This document shows positions 14,693-27,100 of a stretch of 64,000 nucleotides of DNA, piece after piece (position 1 is the stretch's first letter; the number at the start of each line of letters is the position of its first letter). The notes beneath the pieces were generated by a model. That model was given only the letters and a program-made list of their open reading frames with translations, was not told the origin of the DNA and searched no databases. The stretch spans positions 22,816,001 through 22,880,000 of the forward strand of contig NC_043016.1 in the NCBI RefSeq assembly GCF_006345805.1, read 5' to 3'. The translations under genes were made by a program, and so were the position numbers. This stretch comes from Octopus sinensis (lineage: Eukaryota).

Positions 14693-14820
14693 CATTGAAG
14701 TAGTAGTAGTAGTAGTAGCAATGATAACATCAGCAGTGGTAGCAACAGTTGTAACAGCAGTAGCGTAGCAGCAGCAATAGCAGTAACAGCAGTCATAGTA
14801 CTAACAGTAGCAGTAATAAG
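14693..14820. repeat. Degenerate (AGT/AGC/AAC)n trinucleotide repeat
   Basis: gtagtagtagtagtagcaatgataacatcagcagtggtagcaacag... Confidence 0.8.
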
Positions 14821-15030
14821 TCTTTAGACATTTACCCAAGTTCTGTTTTAGGCAGACCGATACCTAATCCCTATTTGAATAGGATTTCAGCTCATAAATT
14901 TCATGAGCTTACTAGTTCTAAAACAAGCATTTACATTTTCCAATAATAGAATTCTGGGAAACCTTCCACTACAGAGAAGGTCAGGCTGAGCTGGAAAGCT
15001 GTGAACAGATGAGTGTGCAATGTTGTACTG

Positions 15031-16680
15031 AGTATATAGATGTGTCATCAGTTTCACTTCAGCAGGTCACTTTGCTACATTTGTCTCTAAGCCTTGGTGT
15101 GGAGGAGAAAGACAAAGCAGTAAGAGAACTACTACCACATCATAGCAAATGTAACATAAGATTTTGTAAGCTCCTGTACAAACTGAAACAGTAGTCTTTG
15201 TCAGACAAGACCATGACAAACAGCCAGCTGTTATCCACTAGAATCCAATATGTCATTTCATAAATATTCTATTGTAGCTTTGGAAAGGTAAGAGTCAATG
15301 TGTCTAACTAGTCACATTTGCTAAATTTTTTTAATAATTTAAAAAAATACATGGAATCCTACCTAAACAAATAGCCGTAACAATGACTAATTTATTTAGT
15401 CTAATATCTGCTTCAGAGCAGCAGCAGTTTAAGGTTTAAACCAAAAATTTACAATACGTAAATAATATTTGAATTAATTCACCTTAAAATTTTCACTAAT
15501 CTATATGAGACAATATGTCATGTCATATCTATACAATCTGAGCAAGCTGCAGCTCACAGGATTTTTGAATGGCACACCTAATGAAATATTACTTTGAATT
15601 TTTCGGTAGAGCAGCCTACATGATGATGAGCCATGTCCCATGCAGCCTGCATTTAGAAAACAATTGCCAACAATCTGTTTCAACCATATTGTAGGACTTC
15701 AACGGATAAGGAATTTAAGCAACACATGTACTTAGAACTATAAATAGTGTCATGCAATACCAGCCTTAATGAATTTGGTGATGACTTCAATAAAGCCAGT
15801 CAAACTTTTAATTGCTGATCACATTCGCCACATTAAATTTGGATGTTCAACCAAAATATTTATGGAGCAATACTAGAGTATGCTTTCACATGTATAACCT
15901 ATTTTGTCATACTTCAGATGAGGTTAGATGGTCACATGGAGCCATCTGCTCGTGCATCTTGAGTAATTTTTTTAATGGGGAGGTGCCTTTTAATAGAACA
16001 CATTCTATCTTGCCTTAGTTCAACAGTCTATACTGAAGTAGATACCAAATCAGTTTAGACAAGCATTCTATCAAAGAACAGATTTATTTTTATTTCCTTA
16101 ATACAATGAAACCAAAACTAAGCACTAAAGGCCTGTTGGAGCTTAAGAAGCATTTACTTCATATAGTTTCAGCTCCAACTAATGTCCCATAACCATTTTT
16201 ACTTCGTAACTCTTCTATCATCTACAATTTTCAATTCTGTGAACAGCAAGTCAAAGTTGGCTGAATTGTTTCTGTCACTACAGACTTCCTACACATTACA
16301 TTGACCAACCCATGCTAACAAAAAAAACAGACAAAATGATATTTGAATCAATTCAATGAAGGAGCCTATACATGGTCACTAAACTTACAATAGTCAAATC
16401 TACCTCAAATCATATTGTATGATATTTAAGGACACTAGGTAATGTAGTATATAGATGTGTCATCAGTTTCACTTCAGCAGGTCACTTTGCTACATTTGTC
16501 TATAAGCCTTGGTGTGGAGGAGAAAGGCAAAGCAGTAAGAGAACTACTACCACATCATAGCAAATGTAGCACAAGATTTGGTGGGAAAAGCTCCTGTACA
16601 AACTGAAACAGTAGTCTCTGTCAGACAAGGCCATGACAAACAGCCAGCTGTTATCCACTAGAATCCAATATGTCATTTCA
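15031..16680 (+). repeat. Two near-identical ~230-bp direct repeats (15031-15260 and 16446-16680)
   Basis: Both run agtatatagatgtgtcatcagtttcacttcagcagg...gaatccaatatgtcatttca, with about 7 substitutions and one small indel; flanks are unrelated. Confidence 0.9.
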
Positions 16681-18302
16681 CTTGAAAAGACAGGATAGTA
16701 ACAATGTCAGATCACAGATCTTAATCAGAGTTACATCTTTGTCTCAACAAAGGTTCCTCTAAATAGTTAGCCAACCTGCTATAGGTAAAAGCTAAATCTT
16801 ACTAAAATCACACACTGCTTTTTAAAGACAAACACAAAAGAAAGCAACATATTGGATAATGAAGACCCCAGAAAGGCAATGACCCAAGCTAGAATATCTT
16901 TGATCAGGTCTATTAGGTAATGGTTGAGGCTCAACAAGTTACATCATATACTTTACATAGTCCAGTTTTCATAAAAGAAAAGTAACAAAAGCCGAGTGGA
17001 ATTTTCTAAACATCATAATGTCAATTTTAAAGTCCACTTTTCCATGCTTGCATGGGCCCCACAATTTTCTGAGGCAGGTTTTCCACAACTGGATGTCCTT
17101 CCTGTCAGCAACTCACTAGTTTCCAAGCAATATAATATATTCCAATGACTAGACATGTTCTCATAGCAGATAAGAAACAATTTTAACTGCTTGTATGACA
17201 ACTAATTGCATGATGTCAAGAAAAAGAGGCACAGACATATACACAGGCTTCTTTCAGTTTCCATTAACCCGGAGCTTTGTGATTGAATTCGGTAGGTGGA
17301 AGTTACTGCCGTGTGTGTATGTGTGCGTATAGCTGCTCAGTGCCTCTCCGAAAGAGAGAGAGGGAAATCCACTCAAAAAGCTTTGGTTGACTCAAGACTA
17401 TAATAGAAGACACATGCCCAAGGTGTCATGCAGAGGAACTAAACCTGAAATAGTTGAAAAGCAAACTTAACCACACAGCCTATGCTTGAGCTTCTATATT
17501 TAATATCAATCCATAATCGATATGTGATCTCTGGCTACTGAACTATCAGCAATTCATTTTACATGTCTTTACATACCAGCTTGGGTTAGATAAATACTTA
17601 TTGAGGTATTTTACAGCCCTTCTTGTTGCCAACCCTTAACTTTTAAATAAGGACTTTTTAAATCCATTTGTCTTCAACAGTATATTTACAGAATTTAAGA
17701 GAAAATAACCTCACCATCACCATTTCACTCGAATAGTTTCATTCATTTCATGTGAAATGTTAACAGACACACATCATTTAACAGCCATCTTCTATGTTGG
17801 CATAGGTTAGATAGTACAACAGAATCTGAAGAGTCAGAGGGCTGAGACTCTCTAATATCAGCTTTGACTGAATAACCTTCTTAACACCAACCATTTTACA
17901 CTGTGTACTAAGCACGCACGCAAGGGGGGGGGGGGGCACATGTAATGATCACAACTAGTAAAACTAAGAATATGCAATATAAAATTCTAGGCAGGGTGAC
18001 AAGGAAGGCAAGACGAGAGGAACAGGTTTATAGTTGTGATTGGGTAGTAGTGGAGAGAGTAACAGTAGACATTTGGAAGAGGTGTAAGGTAGGAAACAGG
18101 GGAAATGAGAGTTATTAATATCAGGGGCTATTGAAAAAAAAAGGGAAAAGAGTGGTTTGCGTAGAGGAGGGTCTAGGACTATCCTATATTACAAGGGTGA
18201 GTGTGGATGGAAGGTGCCAAGAGGAAAGAACAAAAAGGAAGCATTAGACATAGGATGATGAATAATCATGAAATAGTGATTCAATGTAAAAGAGGGGAAA
18301 CA

Positions 18303-18349
<47 letters not shown>

Positions 18350-20048
18350 CAGGCTTCCATAATGTCCATTTACCAATTATTCCAACTGCAAGGTATTGGT
18401 TAGCTCATGATAAAATTCAAATCCATGTAACTAAAAAGGTTATTTCTAGTAGTCAAGTATCCATCATTGATGAGACCAAGGAAGGCTGAAATCACATTAC
18501 CTGGTGATCTCGGCGCTGGAGATGACCGGTATTTATCTCTGCTACCAATATAAACAAAAGAGCATTTCGCACCAAAATGTGAGTTTCTTTCATGGTAACT
18601 ACCACAGTAAAGTCTGTTCTAACAGAACATCCATGTTGATGTAGGAATAAATATGACCACCTGGTATTAATACTGTTTCTGTCACATATTTTTAATAATA
18701 AAATTTTTTTTAAAAAATATATCCACACAGCCATGCCTACACCTCAAATATTGAATGAATATTATTTCTGACCGAAATATCCATAATTTTTGTTAAATGA
18801 CATGTGATTGAGAGTGGTGGTGGTGATAGATTCTTCCTTAAAGATAGCTATGGCTTATTGATTTCTAATAGACAAACAGCCACAAATTTTGAAGGGAAGA
18901 ATAGAGATCATAAATTATATCTTGATGGATACTTATTTTATTGACCCTGGATGAATGAAATGAAGGCTGACTTGAGCAGGAACTGAACACAGAACTTAAT
19001 TAAAAATTGCAAAGCATTTTGTCAGACAATGCATTGGTTCTATACAAACCAAGGCATTATGAGACAAATTGTCTGAATTATTGTAACCAACTATAAAAAG
19101 AGCAATCAGCAGTAAGAAAGAAAAAACACTCATAGATCAATGGTGCACAAACTTGTCCAGCTGGACTGCTAATGGCCCATACAATAATTTTGATGATTCA
19201 CAGCAAATTCCATAACAAGGAGTTCATCTTTTTTCATAAGACAATCTAACATCTAAGTCATCATCATTTAACATCTGTTACATCTAAGCTGACACACTGG
19301 ATGGTTCAACAGGAGCTGGTAAACTGGAAAATTGTGCCAAGCTCCAATGTCTTTTGGTATGGTTTCTAAAGCTGGATGCTCTTCCTAACATCAACCACTT
19401 TACAAAATGTAGTGAATCCTCTTTTTTACGTAGAACCAGCAATGGTTAGGTCTGCAAGTAACTCACAAGACTCCTCGATTAAGGTGGAGAGTAGTACTGA
19501 GGGAAGTGGCTTTATGCCAGGTGATTAGAGATTAAAGTATGGTGTTTGCTAGGAAAGACATGGTTATTCCATTTGGGAGAGATGGTGGTGAGGATGTATC
19601 ATAGCACACCTTCAAGATACAGGAAGGTGAATATAAGAAAAATGGAATACTTGTGACAGCAGAAAAACAGAGCCATCATACCAGCATGGGAAACAGACAT
19701 TAAAGGATGACATACATATGTACTGTCTTGTTACTGTCTTCTATAGTTTCCATTCACCAAATCAAATCACAAGGCATTGGTTGACCTAGAACTATAACAC
19801 AAGACTGAACCCAACACCTTGTGGTTGCAAAGTATGCTTATTAAACAAACAGCCACGTCAGTGCTTATAAAAATCAAGTATGTGAGCAATATTTGAATGT
19901 ATTTTATATCACTGTCATGATATTGTCTGCATGTGTGTCTAAATGTTTATAATTTGTTTCTCATGAAAATAGTGTTGAGTTATAAACTGAACTATCTTGG
20001 TAATTTTCTGTCAACAAATCATTTAGTTTTGCACTTTCATTGACATGG

Positions 20049-20085
<37 letters not shown>

Positions 20086-20486
20086 TTCAAAAAAAAAAAA
20101 AAAAATGACAGGAAGGGTATTTAACTATAAAACAATGCATCGCTAATGTATTACTGTAATCCATTCCAGCATGGAAAAAATGAGTATTAGAACAAGTGGA
20201 TGAATAACTACCAACAGCTGAAAGATTTTGTGATGCAACTATATGTATAAAAATATTTCTCTAAATATATGGTCAGTATTAGAATATATTGTATACTAAT
20301 GACTATCACTATAGTTACCAATATGTTAACAGATGTGATATTTAATTATATATTTGAATATTTTTACACGTCAACGATATTAAGACTGTACTTTATAGTA
20401 CTAATTATCATAACCGCCATGTGTTGTCTTTATATTATTATCATAACCACTAATGCATGAAATATAGTGTATTATAATACATGAAA

Positions 20487-20518
<32 letters not shown>

Positions 20519-21984
20519 ACATGCGTAAATGTATTTTATAGTACTGATTATGATAATCAGTGATCCGAAAAGTACTATGTAACTATATTTGAGCATTTTT
20601 CTCTACATGTCAATATCAGTGTGTGTTTATTATACAATTAGACTAATAAACTGCCTATTACTGTAGTCGCTGATATCTCAAAAGTTGCCTTTTTATGCCA
20701 CTACATGTATATGAACACATTTCTCTACATGTTGCCAGTATGAAAATATCTTATACAACTATTAATACAGACACTAATATCTAAAGTATATTTTAATTGT
20801 ATGTGCGTATGTGTGTGCATAAACATACTACTCTACCTATGTGGTCAATATTGGAATGTATAATAACAGTTATAATAATTGCCAATGTCAAAGATACTGT
20901 GCTATTACATAACTTATGCGTGAACATATTTTTCTACATGTATGGTTTCAATCTTTTACTATAATTAAAACCACAAATATCTGAAATGGTTATCTAACCA
21001 TATAGGGGGTGGAGTGGACACATGTGGACTTTGTAACCACCAATGTCTGAAAAAATACTGTGTTGCTTTGCACATTGTAATATAAACATTTCTATTATAT
21101 TTTAAATGTGAGGATTAAGATAGATTCTAAAAAGTATAATAAATATATAAAAATATGTTTTTGCTTAATGATCACTGAAAATCTTGGACTTGCTAGCTTC
21201 ATTAGTTTCTAAAACACCAAAGCAATCAATTGAATTGGACAAAAACAGGACAGAAGTAACTTTTCCGTTGTGGTGGGGGTGGATATGTTGGTTGGGGGTA
21301 TGCAATACATCCATTTGATGTTTGGCTTGATTTATTACATTCCAAAATTTTGACACATTAGTGAGCTATGCAAATACAGACAGAATTAAACACCCTTAAT
21401 ATTACTAATCAATAAAGAGGATACATTAAGGCAAGCAAGCACAACTACTAGTACCAGGCATAATACAAGTTTGGAGTTTTACATGTTCAACATACAAAGT
21501 AATCTTAACTTAGCAACTAAATAGATACCTTCCTTTTAAATAACACCAATGATTTCTATGGAATGTAATCATTACAACATACAAGCAGGGTGATGTATTG
21601 GTAAAAACAAAATCCATCAGAAGCTAGACCATTGGAAAACATGAACATTGTAAACTGGGGTGTGTAAAAATGGACGTTAGGAACAAGAAAACCCAAACAG
21701 ATCCTGTAGTCCAAACTCAGAAAAATCACCATCCAAAGAGTATGTCTAAGAAATGCTATTGTTACTCCAAGGTGGCTATATCCTTCTTCAATATCCCACC
21801 TAACAACTGTGGAAAAGGTAGCTGAGGACTAACTGCTGGAGGTAAACAAATGAAGAGAAGCTGTTACTATATTTTACATACATCATCTCAAATATTTGAA
21901 GGTACAATTAAAGAAAAATGGAAATGTCAAGAACCTTGAGAAATTTTTACTTGAATAAATTGACACCAGTGCTTTTCTTTTTTT

Positions 21985-22220
21985 TTTAAAGCCTGGTACT
22001 TTTTCTAGCAGTCTCTTTTGCTGAACCACTAAGTTACAGGGATGTGAACACACCAAACCAGTTGCCAAGAAGTGGTGGTGGAGAAGCGCACAAATATAAA
22101 CAATGGGCTTCTTTCAGTTTCCATCTATCAAATCCCAAGGTTATAGAAGACACTTGCCCAAGGTGCCATACACAGTGGTGACTAAACTCAGAATCATGTG
22201 GTTGGGGAGCAAGCTTCTTA
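21985..22220 (-). mobile_element. SINE family A copy
   Basis: ctcttttgctgaaccactaagttacagggatgt...gggcttctttcagtttccatct...cacttgcccaaggtgcc...cacagccatgc. Confidence 0.8.
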
Positions 22221-22239
22221 CCTCACAGCCATGCATGTG

Positions 22240-22286
<47 letters not shown>

Positions 22287-23849
22287 GAGAAATATGATGG
22301 GCTACTTTTAGTTTCTGTCTACTAAATCTACTCACAAGGCTTTAGTTAGCCCAGGGATACAGAAGACACTTGGTGTCTTGGGCAGTCCACTACTCTATTG
22401 TCTGTTACCAATACTGCCATAACAACTACATTGAGTTCGTTTTTTATAAAAATGCATTATGTTACAAAAGTCATTGAAATAAAGTAAAGAACAAGATTAA
22501 GTAGTTTTACAGTATTGAATATACTATGATCAAAACCAGAAAACCATGTCTAGTTCTAGGAAATAACTCAAAAACATTACATGAATTATTAGTTTTAAGT
22601 AAAAACTAATAATCAGTTTTGAGAATGGGGATTCATTTGTTCAGTCAACTGGATCACCTGTTCAGTGAATTAACATGTTTGAGCATTCCACAGACACGTG
22701 TAACTCTAATTCACAGATAAAATCAGCAGGACACAGTGAACAACATAGTCATGCCTTTTGAATAGCAGGCACAATGTATCTGATGAGTTTCTGCACAACC
22801 TCCACTTAGTTTCAATTACAATGCTTGGACTGACCCAAGATACACGCCTAAGATCCCAGGCAGTGAGCTCAAACCCAGGCTTTCATGAATGCAAAGTAAC
22901 TTCCATGACCATTTGGTTAAGCTGAGTCCATATTATTAGTATAGCTAAATTCTATAAGCCTTGAAAAATTAAGAAAGTGAGAACATAGAAACAGCTAATA
23001 TTTAAATGATGAGAGAGATGATCTTTGTTGAATCTACTGAAGTTGGTTTTTGTTTTGTTTTTGCTTTGTTTTTTGATAAAAGAGGAATGTCTAAGATTAA
23101 GAGACAAGTGAATAGGGTAAATTAAAATATAACAGTTAAAAACTTGATCTAAAAGATTGTGTTGTATGAAAGTAAAACAACAAAGTACTGCCAAATTCTT
23201 TACACCATGAAATCATTTAGCTCATGATGGAAAGTTAATACAACAGCAACAGTAAAAATACTTTCATGTACATGTCATTAATAAACCCAAGGCTGGGACA
23301 GAACATATCTGCTCAAGATACCAAAGACTGGACAAGGAATTACATCATTGTAAATCAAACTGTTTAACCATGCATTTTGGGGAGAGAAGGGAGTAAATTG
23401 TTCCAGGAAAAATGGCAAAACTGAGTCTAGAATGTTAATGACTTCAGTGAGGTAGAACAGAAATGGTGTGTTCGTGAACAAATATATCTAAAGGATTTAA
23501 CACCAGGAAAGCAAAGTGGATATGCCTTGTTAAATATGCAATGTTAGAGAAAAAAAAAGACCAACTGAGTATCCAGATATATTGAGATAAGAATGTAGTA
23601 GATAAGACTACTGTACAGACAAAACATTTAAGTTCTTTAGCAGTAGATCAACTCAAATTGAGGAATGGACCTATAATGAAAGGTATCTCATAGTGACCAT
23701 CCTCATATTTTATTCAGACTTAATAAATCTAAGTTCATTATCTAATGTATCTTTTTTAAAGAAGGGAGGGTAAGGTTTGAGAAAGATTTGGCTGCAATTT
23801 CTTACAAGTTGCATAGCCACAAAGAGATTCCCTTGACTCAAAATGTACA

Positions 23850-24150
23850 GGAAGTTGTTTAGCCCCTATCCAACTCCAGTCATCTATCAACCTGACATGG
23901 ACAGGGTTGGCAAAAGCGATGTGGTGGACAACGAAAAACCTGGCTGATGACAGTCGAGGCTGATCTGAAACCCAACCTAGGCCCCCATATCTACAGCGTT
24001 CGCCACTGGAATAAGGAGTGGTTGGAGATCATGCAGTCATTAGCCTCAAATCGCCAAGCCTGGTCGGCGTTTGTGAGAGATGCAGCATTGAGGATGAATG
24101 AAGCCAGCTCAACCCACCCCGAGTGAATGCTGTCTCAAGTCAAGTCAAAC
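23850..24150 (+). mobile_element. 3' end of a different RTE-like LINE with (CAAGT)n tail
   Basis: KRCGGQRKTWLMTVEADLKPNLGPHIYSVRHWNKEWLEIMQSLASNRQAWSAFVRD resembles RTE C-termini (GGQRKTW..A.NR..W); ends ctcaagtcaagtcaa. Confidence 0.65.
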
Positions 24151-27100
24151 CTGATATGATCAATGATACATCCAGCCATGACCATCCTGTCCCTTTAGGT
24201 GCAGGAAATTCAGGACTGCATTATCCATACCTTTGTTAAGACAGTGGATGGTGTAATTTGAGGAAGACCTTGGTGCTATTTCTAGCAAGTATAACAGCTC
24301 CCTGAAGAAATATGCTGTAAGTAGGTTTGTAAAGTCAAAGGCAAAAGTAGCAGAAATAAATGGAAAAAGAACTGGACCGAAACAATGCATCCGAAAAAAT
24401 GAATACTGTATGCCAGATCCATTTAATTCATTTTGACTGATATGTGATGATTACAGAGAAAAGAGGAGGAAAATAACCATCTTTGGAAGACATCATTTCT
24501 GAACAAAATTTGGACACAGAATATCTACTCCAATTTAGTAGGTAAAATGGTAGATTCTTAGGATTAATCGAAAGCATAACAAACAGGAACTTCTAGAGAT
24601 ACAAGAAAGGGCCTAATGACATACCCACTTTATAAGGATGAATACCCACTAACTAATCGTACAACTGATTAGTTAGTTCAAAGGTTCTCAAACTAAGATA
24701 TCTGATGGGTGTAAGACAGCATTTCAGATAGCACAACAAAAAGGAAAAGTATATACTTTATGAAAATAACTTTCCAGATTAAAATTAAATATAAAATAAC
24801 TTCTATCTAGCACATCAAGAACTTTATTATCCCACTTATTAGAAAATTAACTTTTTCATTTTCAAATGTAATATTTACTTCTGTAAGTAGAAGAGATGAA
24901 AATTGAACATTTCCTAGCAATGTATGAGCATAGAAAAGTTGGAAATCACCAAGTATGAGATCAAGCAGCTTACTGTAAAATGGTAATACTTGCACATATT
25001 CCTATAATAATAGCATCAATTTAACATCCATTTTCTCAAGCTTTCATAGGTCAGACACGAATTCATTGAGTCAGATTTCCTATGAGTGAATGTTTCCAAG
25101 TAAGGTACAGTTTTCCTACAGCTAGGCAGGTTTCCATGGAAAACAGAGAATGAAGAACACCACTTGTGTGATGGTGATACTCATTTACAATTGCCATGAA
25201 AGAAAATTAGTCATTGCTTCTGCCAAGCATAACAGCTGATACAATGATTAAACATTTAATGCCTTGAGCTAGGCACTCATCATAAATTGTAATTAGGATT
25301 GGCAACATTACTGAAGATAAAACCAAAACAGAAAAAATGATTAAGATAACTAGAAACTCATGTGGTTTATAATGAAGAAGCTAAGCTCTTAAATGCATCA
25401 ACAACATACTAAACAGCCAAATCCCCAAATTACACCTTACCATCTTAAAGAATGATGCACCAGAGAAAACATTATCACCATTTATCATCCGTTTTCCTTG
25501 CTGGCATGGGTTGGACAGTTTGACAGGAACTAACTAGGCAGAAGACTGTACCATGTTTCACTGTTTTTATGGTTTTTATAGCAGGGAACTCTTCCTAACA
25601 CTGACCACCCCAGAGAGTCTTAGATATACCAAAGGACAGGGTGAGCTACTGAAACACGTGACATTATACATAATTTTTATTGTTTTAGTTTCCATTTCTC
25701 CAAGCAGGTGTGAAGTGGATAGACTACATATATATATATATATATACATAATGCCATATACATCTATACAGAAGTCATAGAAGTATTAAACCATCAATAA
25801 AAAAAAAAGCCCCATGACAATCACTAGCAATCAGCTAACAGCAGATCATCTCTTTATTACATTTCACTTGAATATAAATTTAAAGTGATTTCAGTCTCAG
25901 AGTTTACATGCACCCTAAGAAAAAAAAACTGGTGAGGCAAGCTATGTCTTCACAAAGTTTACATTTGATCTACATAACTGCCATACAAGGGATTCATATC
26001 AATCTTGTGACTGCATCAAGAGGATATTTTGGATTGAGAATATAATGTTCATCACCATATAACTGGAAATACTATTACTGTTTAAAGTTAACAGGGAATA
26101 TCACCAATACTAGGTTTGTTTCAAAGATATCAAAATCGTCCAACCCATGCTAGCATGGAAAACAGACGTTAAATTATGATGATGATGATGATATTACAGT
26201 GGCATTGACTATGCAATATCTCATCATGAATTTTACAAAGATTTATTAAATATGGCAGCCTTAATCAAATTGTTATTTGAACAGTTATGATTACAAAACT
26301 TAAAATTTCCATAATCACTCACAGGAGATAAATCCACAAACAAAAATAGAACATTTTGCTTAATGCTCTTCCTACATATCAACCATTTAGCAGAAGCAAT
26401 TTGACAGAATTGACATTCTAAAAAAAACAAGGCATAATGACTGGAATTAAAGAACTGGATTACTGACAATATGGTTGAGTAAAAGACTAAACAAAGATAT
26501 GTAAAACTGCTGGCTAGCACACAACAGGTGCCACACCCACTTTACATTCGAGTGGTTAACAGCAGGAAATATATACGTTTGCTCCAACAGAACCAATTCT
26601 ACCTAAGCTAGCATGGTTGGAATGGATGCAAAACATCTAATAAAACAGAAAATGGATGTAATGTAAATAACTGATTTACAGATTTGCTGGGATATATGAT
26701 GGAATGTGTTGTTCAAAATTCTAAATGTTACTTTCTAAGTAAACTCAACATCAGTCTTAACTACAAATATACATTAACTTCAACAAGAGAGTAATTCATT
26801 GATCTTAAGTCAGTAATAAAAGGCATGATTAAAAAAAAAACTAATCAGAATTATTACTAAAATATATTTTGAAATTACAGCCAAAATATTCTATCCATTT
26901 TATGTTCAAACTGGCCAGATGTGGTCTCTCACACTAACCCTACAATGTCATTGTAAAAATTAAGTTACCTCATCAAAATCCTAAAGCTATAAAATAATGC
27001 ATGATTAAATCAAAACCTTATGAATAATAAGCACTACAATTGACAGAATAATGTAAATGTTAAAAGGTGAAAGTAATTTGTTAAAACAAGCACAAAGCCA

